This document shows, piece by piece, positions 1-10,769 of a stretch of DNA of 64,000 bases. Every line of letters starts with the position of its first letter. Position 1 is the stretch's first letter. Made by a program: the position numbers and the translations under genes. Origin of the DNA: Desulfobacterales bacterium (lineage in GTDB: Bacteria; Desulfobacterota; Desulfobacteria; Desulfobacterales; UBA2174); the NCBI GenBank assembly GCA_963668645.2, contig CAXXWC010000001.1:416001-480000 (forward strand), written 5' to 3'. Below the pieces are notes generated by a model that ran no database searches, was not told where the DNA came from, and was given only the letters and a program-made list of their open reading frames with translations.

Positions 1-213
1 GCCGCCGGCGGACCTCTGGCCGCCGTTTACGAGGGGGATCTTATCGTCATTGACGCCCAGCAACGCCGGATTGACGTCAAGATTCCCGAAGACGAACTGG
101 CCGCACGGATGCAGTCCCTGCCGCCCTTTACCCCTAAAGTGGCACGCGGCTGGCTGGCGCGCTACTCACAGCATGTCACCTCAGCGGATCAGGGAGCGGT
201 GTTGGCCGTTTAA
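1..213 (+). CDS. ilvD: dihydroxy-acid dehydratase, 3' end (partial)
   Basis: Frame 1 reads AAGGPLAAVYEGDLIVIDAQQRRIDV...GWLARYSQHVTSADQGAVLAV*, the typical IlvD C-terminus; adjacent to the ilv operon. Confidence 0.93.
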   Translation, partial: AAGGPLAAVYEGDLIVIDAQQRRIDVKIPEDELAARMQSLPPFTPKVARGWLARYSQHVTSADQGAVLAV

Positions 214-234
214 CCCGGCTTTTGGATTTAGGGC

Positions 235-264
235 TTGACTCGACTCGCACCTTTGCACTATAAG
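235..264 (+). promoter_or_regulatory. putative sigma70 promoter of the ilvB operon leader
   Basis: TTGACT (235-240), 18-bp spacer, TATAAG (259-264), upstream of the leader peptide. Confidence 0.5.
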
Positions 265-298
265 GGGCATTCAAACTTGATTTTTTGAAAGGTAAACA

Positions 299-394
299 AT
301 GCTCGGTCTTTCCATTATCATCCTCCTTCTTATTGGCGTCCTCGTAGGCATTATTAGCGCCTGCGAGGCACACCGGGGGCTGATAATGGCGTAG
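299..394 (+). CDS. branched-chain amino acid attenuator leader peptide (31 aa)
   Basis: ATG at 299 after AAGG; MLGLSIIILLLIGVLVGIISACEAHRGLIMA*, with a dense I/L/V run; not in the ORF track. Confidence 0.85.
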   Translation: MLGLSIIILLLIGVLVGIISACEAHRGLIMA

Positions 395-419
395 CAACCC
401 ATTACCCGAAAAACAAAAG

Positions 420-460
420 ATCCGTTAGCGGCCCCCGAAACCGCTAACGGATTTTTTTTT
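420..460 (+). terminator. attenuator (intrinsic terminator) upstream of ilvB
   Basis: 12-bp stem ATCCGTTAGCGG / CCGCTAACGGAT followed by a T run; alternative antiterminator pairing with 374-389. Confidence 0.9.
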
Positions 461-493
461 GCACTTAACCGAACAAAAGGGTGGGAACGAAAC

Positions 494-2236
494 ATGGATG
501 CCGCGAGGACGGAAACTTATTCAGCGCCCCTGGAGGACTCGAGTCCACCGTTGATGAGCGGGGCGCAAATTCTGATGGCGGCCCTTAAGGCAGAGGGCGT
601 CGACACGATTTTCGGCTACCCGGGCGGGGCGGTCGTCGATCTTTACGATGAGCTGGCACGCACCGACCTTCGCCACGTCCTGGTACGCCACGAGCAGGGC
701 GCCGTGCATGCCGCCGACGGATATGCCCGCGCCAGCGGCCGCCCGGGTGTATGCCTGGTCACTTCCGGTCCCGGCGCCACCAACACCGTCACCGGAATCG
801 CCACGGCCTATGCCGACTCCATCCCCCTGGTGATCCTGACCGGCCAGGTGCCGACCAACCTGATCGGCAACGACGCCTTTCAGGAAGTGGACATCGTCGG
901 GATTACCCGGCCGTGTACCAAACACAATTACCTGGTTGCCCGTACCGAGGATCTGGCCCGCATCATCCAGGAAGCCTTTCATGTGGCCTGTTCCGGAAGA
1001 CCCGGACCGGTGTTGATCGACCTGCCCAAGGACGTGGTCAACCGGCGTGTCCCCTACGCCCCGTTGACCGACCCGATCCGTTTGCAGGCCTACCGGCCCA
1101 ATTACCGACCCAACAAAAATCAGTTGCGCAAGGTTATGGCTCTGGTGGCCGAGGCCCGCTGCCCGGTAATCATCGCCGGCGGCGGAGTGATCCGCTCGGG
1201 CGCCAGCGCCGCGCTCACCGCCTTCGCCCGGGACATCCAGGCCCCGGTGACCGCATCCTTGATGGGATTGGGGGCCTTTCCGGGGTCCGATCCGCTCTGG
1301 CTCGGGATGCTCGGCATGCACGGCACCTACCGGGCCAACATGGCTGTGAGCCACGCCGACCTGCTCATCGCCGTTGGCGTGCGCTTCAGTGATCGAGTCA
1401 CCGGCAAGACCGACGCCTTTGCCGCCCAGGCGCGCATCGTTCATATCGACATCGATCCCACCTCGATTCGCAAAAACGTACCGGTGACCATTCCGGTGGT
1501 GGGCGACTGCCGCCTGACCCTCGAAACCCTCAACCAGATGATAGCTGATTTGAGTTCGGCTGATCCGTCCGTCGACCGCGGCCCCTGGATCGAGCAAATC
1601 AGAGAATGGCAGCACGCCCATAAGCTGGCTTACTGCCAGACCGACACCATCAAGCCGCAATTTGTGGTCGAAACCCTGCACCGGCTCACAAAAGGCAGTG
1701 CCATCGTCACCACCGAGGTCGGCCAGAACCAGATGTGGACCGCTCAGTTCTATCATTTCGACCGGCCCGCCCAGTTCATCACCTCCGGCGGACTGGGAAC
1801 CATGGGGTTCGGTCTACCGGCGGCCATCGGAGCCCAGATCGCCTTTCCGGATCGACTGGTGGTGGACATCGCCGGTGACGGCAGCATCCAGATGAACATC
1901 CAGGAGCTGGCCACCGCGGTTCAGTGCGGCCTGCCGGTCAAGGTGGTGATTCTCAACAACGGGTACCTGGGCATGGTGCGACAGTGGCAGGAACTGTTTT
2001 ACGATAAGCGCTACGCCTGCACCGGGATGGATCATCAACCGGATTTCGTCAAACTTGCCGAAGCATACGGTGCCGTCGGGCTGCGCGCTACCCGTCCCGA
2101 GGAAATCGAGTCGGTTCTGTCCCAGGGTCTTGCAACCCCGGGGCCGGTGCTGATGGACTTTGTCGTTGAGCGCGAGGAGTGCGTCTATCCCATGGTGCCG
2201 GCCGGGGCGGCGATTACCGAGATGCTGCTGGTCTGA
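494..2236 (+). CDS. ilvB: acetolactate synthase large subunit
   Basis: IFGYPGGA, RHEQGA, TSGPGATN and the GDGS...NN TPP-binding motif; start may be the downstream ATG at 554. Confidence 0.97.
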   Translation: MDAARTETYSAPLEDSSPPLMSGAQILMAALKAEGVDTIFGYPGGAVVDLYDELARTDLRHVLVRHEQGAVHAADGYARASGRPGVCLVTSGPGATNTVTGIATAYADSIPLVILTGQVPTNLIGNDAFQEVDIVGITRPCTKHNYLVARTEDLARIIQEAFHVACSGRPGPVLIDLPKDVVNRRVPYAPLTDPIRLQAYRPNYRPNKNQLRKVMALVAEARCPVIIAGGGVIRSGASAALTAFARDIQAPVTASLMGLGAFPGSDPLWLGMLGMHGTYRANMAVSHADLLIAVGVRFSDRVTGKTDAFAAQARIVHIDIDPTSIRKNVPVTIPVVGDCRLTLETLNQMIADLSSADPSVDRGPWIEQIREWQHAHKLAYCQTDTIKPQFVVETLHRLTKGSAIVTTEVGQNQMWTAQFYHFDRPAQFITSGGLGTMGFGLPAAIGAQIAFPDRLVVDIAGDGSIQMNIQELATAVQCGLPVKVVILNNGYLGMVRQWQELFYDKRYACTGMDHQPDFVKLAEAYGAVGLRATRPEEIESVLSQGLATPGPVLMDFVVEREECVYPMVPAGAAITEMLLV

Positions 2237-2338
2237 AAGAGAAATTTTCGGCTAAGACAGCCCCCCTGCTGACGAATACCGATCCGTCGGACAGCGGATC
2301 GCACGAAACGAACATCGAAATCACGAAACGGACCGAAC

Positions 2339-2827
2339 ATGACTGCAGAACGACACATCTTCACCATGTTGGTGGACAACGAACCGGGAGTCCTCTCGCG
2401 GGTGGTGGGGCTTTTTTCCGGCCGTGGCTTCAACATCGAAAGCCTCTGCGTGGCCGAAACCATCGATCCCGATGTTTCGCGCATCACCCTGGCGACCATG
2501 GCCAATCCGCCGGTGATCGAACAAATAGAAAAGCAGCTCAACAAACTGATCAACGTCATCAAGGTGCGCGATTTGAGCGGTGACGACGCGGTCAAGCGCG
2601 AGATGGCCCTGATCTGCGTCCAGGCCAAACCGGAACACCGCGCCGAGATCCTGCGTATCGTAGACATATTTCGCTGCAAAGTGGTGGACGTGGGCCTGGC
2701 CCATTACATCATCGAGGTGACCGGCACCGAGGGCAAACTGGCAGCCCTGCTTAACCTGCTCAAGCCGATGGGGATCAAAAAGATCGCCCGCACCGGTACG
2801 GTGGCCCTGCTGCGGGAACCGAATTGA
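2339..2827 (+). CDS. ilvN: acetolactate synthase small (ACT) subunit
   Basis: NEPGVLSRVVGLFSGRGFNIESL, KQLNKLINV, ARTG. Confidence 0.97.
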   Translation: MTAERHIFTMLVDNEPGVLSRVVGLFSGRGFNIESLCVAETIDPDVSRITLATMANPPVIEQIEKQLNKLINVIKVRDLSGDDAVKREMALICVQAKPEHRAEILRIVDIFRCKVVDVGLAHYIIEVTGTEGKLAALLNLLKPMGIKKIARTGTVALLREPN

Positions 2828-2930
2828 GCCGGCTGGAAAACGGGGCAGACAAAATCGGAAATCCGGGTCTGCATTAGGCAACCCGGGATAAACGGTGATA
2901 TTTTTTCAACCATTCAAGGAGAAAAAGCAA

Positions 2931-3983
2931 ATGGCACAGATCGATTTTGGCGGCATTGTCGAAGAAGTGATCACCTCGGAAGAATTTCCTCTGGACCGGG
3001 CCCGGGAGGTGCTGGCCCAGGAAACGGTCGCCGTTTTGGGCTATGGCGTGCAGGGACCGGGGCAGGCATTGAATCTGCGCGACAACGGAATCCGGGTCAT
3101 CGTGGGCCAGCGTGAAGGCGGATCCTCCTGGCAGCGGGCGGTGGATGACGGCTTCGTGCCGGGAAAAACCCTTTTTCCCCTCGAAGAAGCGGCCCGGCAG
3201 GGCACGGTGGTCCAGTACTTGCTCTCGGACGCCGGCCAAGTGGCGGCCTGGCCCCGCATCTCCCCCTGTCTCAACCCGGGCGACGCCCTCTATTTCTCCC
3301 ACGGATTCGGCATCGTCTACAAGGACCAGACCGGCATCGCCCCTTCAGCCGATGTGGACGTGATTCTGGTCGCCCCCAAAGGTTCAGGCCGCACGGTGCG
3401 CACCAACTTTCTCGAGGGCAGCGGCATCAACTCGAGCTTTGCCATCCACCAGGATGCCACCGGACGGGCCCGGGAACGGACCATCGCCCTGGGGATCGCC
3501 ATCGGATCGGGATATCTGTTCCCCACAACCTTTGCCAAAGAGGTCCACAGCGACCTGACCGGCGAGCGCGGGGTACTCATGGGTTGCCTGGCCGGGGTCA
3601 TGGAGGCCCAGTACAACCTTTTGCGCCGCCATGGCCACAGCCCCAGCGAGGCCTTCAACGAGACGGTCGAGGAGCTGACCCAGAGCCTGATCCGGCTGGT
3701 GGCCCAGAACGGGATGGACTGGATGTACGCCAACTGCAGCACCACGGCCCAGCGCGGGGCGCTCGACTGGGCACCGAAATTCCGTGATGCAGTGGCGCCG
3801 ATCTTCGACACCCTTTACGAGAACGTCGTAAGCGGAGAAGAAACCCGCCGCGTGCTGGCGGCCAACAGTGCGCCGGACTATCGCGCCCGCCTTGAAGATG
3901 AACTGGCTGTTATCGGCAACAGCGAGATGTGGCGCACCGGCGCGGCAGTACGGGCTCTGCGCCCGGAAAACCGGCGCGTATGA
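2931..3983 (+). CDS. ilvC: ketol-acid reductoisomerase
   Basis: GYGVQG..QALNLRDNG, SHGF, VAPKGSG, SDLTGERGVLMG, CSTTAQRGALDW; AGGAG RBS before ATG 2931. Confidence 0.96.
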   Translation: MAQIDFGGIVEEVITSEEFPLDRAREVLAQETVAVLGYGVQGPGQALNLRDNGIRVIVGQREGGSSWQRAVDDGFVPGKTLFPLEEAARQGTVVQYLLSDAGQVAAWPRISPCLNPGDALYFSHGFGIVYKDQTGIAPSADVDVILVAPKGSGRTVRTNFLEGSGINSSFAIHQDATGRARERTIALGIAIGSGYLFPTTFAKEVHSDLTGERGVLMGCLAGVMEAQYNLLRRHGHSPSEAFNETVEELTQSLIRLVAQNGMDWMYANCSTTAQRGALDWAPKFRDAVAPIFDTLYENVVSGEETRRVLAANSAPDYRARLEDELAVIGNSEMWRTGAAVRALRPENRRV

Positions 3984-4032
3984 TCCGGAGGCGCGTGCGC
4001 CTGCGCGGCGCACGTGCTGGACAAGGGAGACG

Positions 4033-5649
4033 ATGATCATGACACCACCGGTATGGATCTATGACACGACCCTGCGCGACGGCACCCAGGGCGAAAACAT
4101 CAGCTTTTCAGCCGATGAAAAACTGATGATCGCCAAACGCCTCGACGGGATCGGGATTCACTATATCGAAGGCGGGTGGCCGGGCTCAAATCCCCGGGAC
4201 ATGCAGTTTTTCGAGCTGGCGCGCCGGGAGCGGTTCTGCACGGCGCGCATCGCTGCCTTCGGCGCCACCCGGCGCCCGGGCATTGCCGTCGACCAGGACG
4301 CCAATCTCCAGGCCCTGGTTGCCAGCGAGGCGCCGGTGGTTGCCATCTTCGGCAAAAGCTGGGACCTGCACGTGGAACGGGTCATCGGCACCGATCTGGC
4401 CGAGAACCTGGCGATGATCAGCGAATCGATCGCCTGGCTCAAGTCCCAAGACAGGGAAGTGATCTACGACGCGGAGCATTTTTTCGACGGCTACCGGGCC
4501 AACCCGGATTACGCCCTGGCGACCATCGCCGCCGCGGCTGCCGGCGGGGCCACCCGGGTGGTTTTGTGCGACACCAACGGGGGAAGCCTTCCCTTCGATA
4601 TGGAGGCCATCATCCGGGCGGTGGCTGCCGCACTTGCCGGGCACCCCGGTGTCGGCATCGGGATCCACACCCACAACGACAGCGGCCTGGCCGTGGCCAA
4701 CACCCTGGCGGCGGTGCGGGCCGGTGCCGACATGGTCCAGGGGACCATAAACGGGTACGGCGAGCGCTGCGGCAACGCCGACCTGACCAGCATCATCCCC
4801 CTGCTCTGCCTTAAAATGGACTGCCCGGTGGTCTCCGAGGAGAGTCTGCGCAAGTTGAAAAAGCTTTCACGCTTCGTTAGCGAGACGGCCAACCTCGTGC
4901 CCCTCAACAGCCGCCCTTTCGTGGGCCAGAGCGCTTTCGCCCACAAGGGCGGCATCCACGTGCACGCCATCATGAAAGAGCCCCGGGCCTACGAGCACAT
5001 CGCCCCCGAACTGGTCGGCAACAGCCGCCGGGTGCTGGTCTCGGATATGTCGGGGCGCAGCAACGTCACCTACAAGGCCCAGGAACTGGGAATCGACCCG
5101 AACGGCCTCGACAGCCGGGAAATCGTGCGCCACGTGAAGGATCTGGAGCAGGCTGGCTGGGAGTTCGACGGAGCGGACGGATCCTTCAAGATCCTGATGG
5201 AAAAACACCTCGACCGGTTCGTTCCCCACTTCGAACTCGAGTCGTTCCGGGTCACCATCGAAAAGGACCAGGACCAGCCCTGTTCGGCCCGCGCCACCAT
5301 CAAAATCGATGTCGACGGGAAAAAAGAGATCACCGCCGCAGAGGGCCTCGGCCCTGTCAGCGCGCTGGACAACGCCCTGCGCAAGGCCCTGGACAAGTTC
5401 TACCCCGAGATCGACGGCATGCGTCTGGTCGACTTCAAGGTGCGGGTCATCGACGGCCGGGAGGGGACCGCCGCCCGGGTGCGGGTCTGGATCGAATCGC
5501 GCGACCACGACGATATCTGGCAGACCATCGGTGTCAGTGAAGACATTATCGAAGCGAGCTGGCAGGCCCTGGCCGACAGCTTCCAGTACAAGCTGGCCAA
5601 ACAGGCCAACGGCAACGCAGAGGCTGAAAAAAGCTGTTCTGCCCTGTAA
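4033..5649 (+). CDS. cimA: citramalate synthase
   Basis: DTTLRDGTQGE, YIEGGWPGSNP, IFGKSWDLHV, YDAEHFFDG, AFAHKGGIH. Confidence 0.93.
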   Translation: MIMTPPVWIYDTTLRDGTQGENISFSADEKLMIAKRLDGIGIHYIEGGWPGSNPRDMQFFELARRERFCTARIAAFGATRRPGIAVDQDANLQALVASEAPVVAIFGKSWDLHVERVIGTDLAENLAMISESIAWLKSQDREVIYDAEHFFDGYRANPDYALATIAAAAAGGATRVVLCDTNGGSLPFDMEAIIRAVAAALAGHPGVGIGIHTHNDSGLAVANTLAAVRAGADMVQGTINGYGERCGNADLTSIIPLLCLKMDCPVVSEESLRKLKKLSRFVSETANLVPLNSRPFVGQSAFAHKGGIHVHAIMKEPRAYEHIAPELVGNSRRVLVSDMSGRSNVTYKAQELGIDPNGLDSREIVRHVKDLEQAGWEFDGADGSFKILMEKHLDRFVPHFELESFRVTIEKDQDQPCSARATIKIDVDGKKEITAAEGLGPVSALDNALRKALDKFYPEIDGMRLVDFKVRVIDGREGTAARVRVWIESRDHDDIWQTIGVSEDIIEASWQALADSFQYKLAKQANGNAEAEKSCSAL

Positions 5650-5715
5650 CCACACTACTCTTGACCAGCAACAACCGATCAGAGGTGAATCATGAGGTGC
5701 CGAGGAGGTTTTAAT

Positions 5716-5752
5716 GCCACAGGACACCCCCATCCGGGGCACGTCCTGTGGC
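5716..5752. repeat. intergenic inverted repeat between cimA and leuA
   Basis: GCCACAGGAC (5716-5725) / GTCCTGTGGC (5743-5752) with inner CCCC/GGGG pairing. Confidence 0.6.
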
Positions 5753-5872
5753 CCATGCTCACGCCGCAGGCCCATCCGGTCCGAATCCGGGATTGAAAAA
5801 ACCGCAATTACAATGGACGCAATGATTGATATCGCACCCTGCGGGGCAAAAAACGACGGGAGCATACGAACC

Positions 5873-7408
5873 ATGAACGACAAATTGATCATCTTCGATA
5901 CCACCCTGCGCGACGGGGAGCAGTCCCCCGGCGCCAGCATGAACACCAACGAAAAGCTGCGCCTGGCGGTGCAGTTGGAAAAGCTGGGCATCGACGTCAT
6001 CGAGGCGGGATTCCCTGCGGCCAGTGAAGGCGATTTCGAGGCGGTCAGCCGCATCTCCGCCAAGCTGGAGAAGAGTCAGGTGGCCGCCCTGGCCCGGGCC
6101 AACCGCAACGACATCGACCGGGCCTGGGCCGCGGTGGGCGGTGCGCGCCACCCGCGCATTCACACCTTCCTGGCCACCAGCGATATCCACATGCAGTACA
6201 AGCTCAACATGAACCGGGAGCAGGTTCTGGCCGCCGCCGTCGATGCTGTGCGCTACGCCAAAAGCTTCACGGAAAACGTCGAATTTTCAGCCGAGGACGG
6301 CTCGCGAAGCGACCGTGACTTTCTGTGCCAGATCTTTGAGGCGGTCATCGAGGCCGGGGCCACCACGGTGAACCTGCCCGATACGGTGGGCTACGCCATT
6401 CCGGAGGAATTCGCCGGCCTGGTAAGCTACGTCATAACCCACACGCCCAACATCGACCGGGCCGTATTCAGTGTCCACTGCCACAACGACCTGGGCCTGG
6501 CCACCGCCAATACCCTGGCGGCTGTCGGGGCAGGTGCGCGCCAGGCCGAAGTGACGGTCAACGGGATCGGCGAACGGGCGGGCAATACCAGCCTGGAAGA
6601 GGTGGTGATGGCCCTGCACACCCGGCGCAACTACCTGCCGCTGGACTGCGCCATTCGCACCGAGGAGATCCACCCCACCAGCCGGCTGGTGAGCATGATC
6701 ACCGGCATCGTGATCCAGCCCAACAAGGCCATTGTGGGGGCTAACGCCTTTGCCCACGAGGCCGGTATCCACCAGGACGGGGTCCTGAAAAACCCCATGA
6801 CCTATGAGATCATGCGCCCCGAAACGGTGGGGCTGAACCGCAGCGCCCTGGTCCTGGGCAAACACTCAGGACGCCACGCACTGCGCGACCGGCTCAAGTC
6901 ACTCGGCTACGAATTGTCCAGTGAAGAACTCAACCTGGTTTTTGTCAAATTCAAGGAGTTGGCCGACAAGAAGAAACACGTGGTCGACGAGGACCTGGAG
7001 GTGATCGTCACCGAGGGGATCTTGCGCACGGCGGACATATTCCGCCTCGAATACCTGCATGTCACCGCCGGCACCACCGTGATGCCGATGGCCAGCGTCA
7101 AGCTTCGGGTCAACGACCGCGAACGGCGCGGGGCCGCCTATGGCAACGGCCCCATCGACGCGGCCTACAACTGCATCGCCCAGCTCGCCGAGACCGACAG
7201 CGAATTGCTGCGCTTTACCATCAGCGCCCTGACCGGCGGCACCGATGCCCAGGGCGAAGTCACGGTGCGGCTGCGTGAAAACGGGTTGGTGGCCCTGGGC
7301 AAGGGGGCCGATCCAGACATCATCACCGCCGCCACCAAGGCCTACATCAACGGCCTGAACCGCCTCGAATATCTCAAGGCGCACCCGGTGGATAACCGGG
7401 GGGTCTGA
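5873..7408 (+). CDS. leuA: 2-isopropylmalate synthase
   Basis: [48 protein letters not shown] and a C-terminal regulatory domain. Confidence 0.97.
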   Translation: MNDKLIIFDTTLRDGEQSPGASMNTNEKLRLAVQLEKLGIDVIEAGFPAASEGDFEAVSRISAKLEKSQVAALARANRNDIDRAWAAVGGARHPRIHTFLATSDIHMQYKLNMNREQVLAAAVDAVRYAKSFTENVEFSAEDGSRSDRDFLCQIFEAVIEAGATTVNLPDTVGYAIPEEFAGLVSYVITHTPNIDRAVFSVHCHNDLGLATANTLAAVGAGARQAEVTVNGIGERAGNTSLEEVVMALHTRRNYLPLDCAIRTEEIHPTSRLVSMITGIVIQPNKAIVGANAFAHEAGIHQDGVLKNPMTYEIMRPETVGLNRSALVLGKHSGRHALRDRLKSLGYELSSEELNLVFVKFKELADKKKHVVDEDLEVIVTEGILRTADIFRLEYLHVTAGTTVMPMASVKLRVNDRERRGAAYGNGPIDAAYNCIAQLAETDSELLRFTISALTGGTDAQGEVTVRLRENGLVALGKGADPDIITAATKAYINGLNRLEYLKAHPVDNRGV

Positions 7409-7738
7409 CGTTTTCAGATCGAGCCTGATTCCCACTCGTTGCGGGCGGATGACCCATGGGCCATCCGCCCCTTTTATTTCGCGGCTGCCCCCCCGGAAGT
7501 GATCCCGCCACTTCGCCTTTTACCGGCCATGACGCGCCTTGCCCTTCCATCGCCATGTACGGCGGCATATTGATTTATACCACAAGCGTGGTCATCGTTG
7601 CTTTGACACGAGACGACTGGCCGAATCGGCAGCAGCGCATACCGGCGTCCGAGCGTTGCTTGGGCTGCATGCCGAGCAGTTTCTCCGGCAGGCGTTAAAC
7701 AGCAAAGCATCCAAACCAGATACCGTGGAGGAATCACG

Positions 7739-8341
7739 ATGAGCCATACATTACCCCAACTCCCATACACCTACGACGCCCTGGAACCGTTCTTCGACGC
7801 ACGGACGATGGAAATTCATCACACCAGACATCATCAAACCTACGTTGACAAGCTCAACGCGGCGCTCCAAGGGCAAGACGCACTCCAGCAGAAAGGAGTC
7901 GAGGAGCTTCTTGCCGACCTGAATGCCGTTCCGGAAACGATCCGCACGGCGGTGCGCAATCACGGTGGAGGGCACGCCAACCACTCTTTCTGGTGGCCCA
8001 TGCTGAAAAAGGACGTGCCCTTGGCCGGACCGGTGGCCGAGGCCATCGGCAGTTCATTCGGAGGCTATGAAAAATTCAAATCGATGTTCGCCAACACCGC
8101 TGCCCTGCTCTTCGGCAGCGGCTGGATCTGGCTGGTACTTGATCAGGGAAAACTCGAAATTATCCCCACGGCCAATCAGGACAGCCCGATCAGCCTGGGA
8201 AAGAAGCCGATCCTGGGCATCGACGTCTGGGAGCACGCCTACTATCTCAAGTATCAGAATCGGCGCCCGGATTATATCGAGGCATTTTTCAACGTCATCG
8301 ACTGGCAACGGGTCAACGAGGTCTATACCGCCGCCCGTTGA
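7739..8341 (+). CDS. sodA: superoxide dismutase (Mn/Fe family, Mn-type signature)
   Basis: [28 protein letters not shown]. Confidence 0.92.
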   Translation: MSHTLPQLPYTYDALEPFFDARTMEIHHTRHHQTYVDKLNAALQGQDALQQKGVEELLADLNAVPETIRTAVRNHGGGHANHSFWWPMLKKDVPLAGPVAEAIGSSFGGYEKFKSMFANTAALLFGSGWIWLVLDQGKLEIIPTANQDSPISLGKKPILGIDVWEHAYYLKYQNRRPDYIEAFFNVIDWQRVNEVYTAAR

Positions 8342-8499
8342 AGTTGAACCGGCTTTAAGCCGGTGCTGTCGTGCACCAGGCGGCGATGCCTGCGGGCATC
8401 TTGACTGGAAGGCGACAAGAAGATGAGGCGTTTCCCGGGCGCGGCCAAACGGCCATGTCCGGGAAACGCAATGACTTGCGGGTCAATCAGGTACGCAGG

Positions 8500-9027
8500 C
8501 TACTTGTTTTGCATATCGACGACCAGTTGGACTAGAGACTCCACCTTGTCATCGGGCACTCGGCCGCGCACAATGGCCTGGCAGACACGGTTTTTGTCCA
8601 GGATGATGATGTTGCTCGTGTCCTTGGCCAGGCCCCAGGCGCTGCGCAGGACGGCGTCGTAATCGAAGAGGATCGTCGTCTTGTATTTCTTGGCCTTGTT
8701 GCCGGCAATGGCCCGGATGGCGATGTTCGGCTTCCAGGTGGCCGCGCAATCGGCGATGCCGAAGCCCTTGTACCCTGCGTCGGTCAGCCGGCCCTCGTCT
8801 TTGGCTTTTTTGAGCGCGTCGGTAAAATGTTCGTTGAGGTCCGATTCATCCGGGTCGACGTAGGTGATACTCAACACCTTGCCGGCCCAGGTTTCCATGG
8901 TAAACTTTTTCCCGTCGGCATCGGTAAAAGACCAGTCCGAGGCCTTCATGCCCACCTTGAGTTCTTCGGCCCAGGCCGGTCCGGCCGCAATGATGGCCAA
9001 CATCATCAGCGCTGCAAATCGTTTCAT
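8500..9027 (-). CDS. YtfJ-family exported protein
   Basis: Signal peptide ending AWA; thioredoxin-like pattern with WGL....IIILDK. Confidence 0.65.
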   Translation of the reverse strand: MKRFAALMMLAIIAAGPAWAEELKVGMKASDWSFTDADGKKFTMETWAGKVLSITYVDPDESDLNEHFTDALKKAKDEGRLTDAGYKGFGIADCAATWKPNIAIRAIAGNKAKKYKTTILFDYDAVLRSAWGLAKDTSNIIILDKNRVCQAIVRGRVPDDKVESLVQLVVDMQNK

Positions 9028-9059
9028 CGCTCTGCTCCCCTTCTCCGGTTCAATCCCCA

Positions 9060-9527
9060 TTAATCCCCCATCTTGGCCATGTAGTCGTCATACATACTTT
9101 CCAGGGCAAGCTTGTGTTTGGCCTCCTCCTGGCAAAGGATCTTGAAGATTTTGCGCTGCGCATCGCCGGCAGCCTTGACTTGAAGCAGGTTGTAGAGTTT
9201 GAGGGCCTTTTCCTCGCGCTTCATGGCCACCAGCAACAGCTCGTGATACCCGAGACCGGGCCGATAGGCGATCTCCTCCACATAATCGCTGCGCCGGATG
9301 TCGGGAATCCACTTGAAATCATACTCCGGCAGGGCTGCCGAAGCCCCTTGGGCTAACATTTTCTCCAACATGTCCTGGTGCTTGCGTTCCTCGGCAGCAA
9401 AATCGAGAAGCATCTGCCGGCTCCCGGAAAAGATTTCCTGCCCGGCGCATTCAACATAAAAATCTGCCGCCTCTTTTTCCTTTTCGATGGCAAAGCGCAC
9501 CACTTCTTCGAAATTCTCAAAATCCAT
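9060..9527 (-). CDS. rubrerythrin/ferritin-like diiron protein
   Basis: Paired ExxH motifs (EERKH, EEAKH) with FAIEKE..A..FY. Confidence 0.85.
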   Translation of the reverse strand: MDFENFEEVVRFAIEKEKEAADFYVECAGQEIFSGSRQMLLDFAAEERKHQDMLEKMLAQGASAALPEYDFKWIPDIRRSDYVEEIAYRPGLGYHELLLVAMKREEKALKLYNLLQVKAAGDAQRKIFKILCQEEAKHKLALESMYDDYMAKMGD

Positions 9528-9559
9528 GGCTGCAATCCTCCTGGAGCGTTGTTCCGTCT

Positions 9560-10522
9560 TTAGAAAGCATCGTCGATCCGCAGTGTCCCCACCAGATCCC
9601 GGATCCGCGTGATGCCGTGACGGCGCAAATAAAGAGCGATCCCGTCGACAATTTCAACCGACACCGCCGGATTGATGAAATTGGCCGTGCCGATCTGCAC
9701 CGCCGTAGCGCCGGCAATGAAAAACTCGATGGCGTCGGCGGCGTTGGTGATGCCACCGATGCCGACCACCGGCACGCTGACCGCACGGGCCACCTGCCAT
9801 ACCATGCGTACGGCCACAGGCCGGATGGCCGGGCCGGACAGGCCGCCGGTGATGTTGGCCAGACGGGGCCGGCGGGTTTCGATGTCGATGGCCATCCCTG
9901 TCAGGGTGTTGATCAGCGAGATGGCATCGGCGCCGGCCGCTTCCACCCGGCAGGCGATGGCCGCGATATCGGTAACGTTCGGCGACAATTTGACGATCAC
10001 GGGCAGGCCCGTGGCCCGGCGAACCGCGGTGACCACCCGTGCTGCGGCATCCGGATCCACGCCGAAAGCCACTCCTCCCGCCTTGACGTTGGGACAGGAA
10101 ATATTGACCTCCAGGCCGGCGATCCCCTCTTGCCCGTCGAGTCGCTCGGCCAGCTGGGCGTACTCGTCGACGCTGCGGCCGTATAAATTGGCAATTACCG
10201 GGGTGTTCAGGTTGCGCAGAAACGGCAGTTTTTGAGCGATGAAGGCATCGAGCCCCACATTTTCCAGCCCGATGGCGTTAAGCATACCGCAAGGGGTTTC
10301 CACGATGCGCGGCGGCGGATTACCCGATGCCGGCGCCAGTGAAAGGCCTTTGACGACGATGGCGCCCAGACGGTTCAAATCGACCAGGCCTTGGAACTCC
10401 CTGGCATAGCCGAAGGTTCCCGACGCCGTCATCACCGGGTTGGCCATGCGGATTCCGCCCAGGTTCACCGACAGGTCGAGGGGCGCAGAGTCATTTTCCG
10501 GTTCGCGCTGGTTTTCGTTCAT
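9560..10522 (-). CDS. pyrD: dihydroorotate dehydrogenase class 1B catalytic subunit
   Basis: [41 protein letters not shown]. Confidence 0.96.
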   Translation of the reverse strand: MNENQREPENDSAPLDLSVNLGGIRMANPVMTASGTFGYAREFQGLVDLNRLGAIVVKGLSLAPASGNPPPRIVETPCGMLNAIGLENVGLDAFIAQKLPFLRNLNTPVIANLYGRSVDEYAQLAERLDGQEGIAGLEVNISCPNVKAGGVAFGVDPDAAARVVTAVRRATGLPVIVKLSPNVTDIAAIACRVEAAGADAISLINTLTGMAIDIETRRPRLANITGGLSGPAIRPVAVRMVWQVARAVSVPVVGIGGITNAADAIEFFIAGATAVQIGTANFINPAVSVEIVDGIALYLRRHGITRIRDLVGTLRIDDAF

Positions 10523-10769
10523 CAAGTTTTGGTCCCGTTGCCATGGCGATGGCCATGAAGCTTGAGAATGGTGAGATTTTCCTGATTACCACACTTGGCA
10601 GACCTTGGCCAAGACCTGGTTGACATAAGGATCTTGAACAAAAGGAGGGGCCGGTGTATGAAACGGTTGGCTTGGCGCAGTCAAAGCGGGGCGTGGCGCC
10701 CCAAGGCGCCGGCGTAACTTCTTCCAGCCCGGATCGGTCGGTCTGCCGGCATTCCATGGAGAATTCAGC

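Noticed and set aside
521..1756. Long antisense ORFs (also 4867-6063, 11376-12992, 13739-14590, 18115-19395, 32500-33519, 34858-36282, 35936-37543, 37630-39120, 41840-43114)
   Set aside because: They lie opposite well-supported genes and carry no recognisable motifs, as expected from GC-rich codon bias
5714..5872. Extended N-termini of leuA (from 5714) and cimA (from 3868)
   Set aside because: Family homology starts at 5873 and 4033; the extensions run through intergenic palindromes or overlap ilvC
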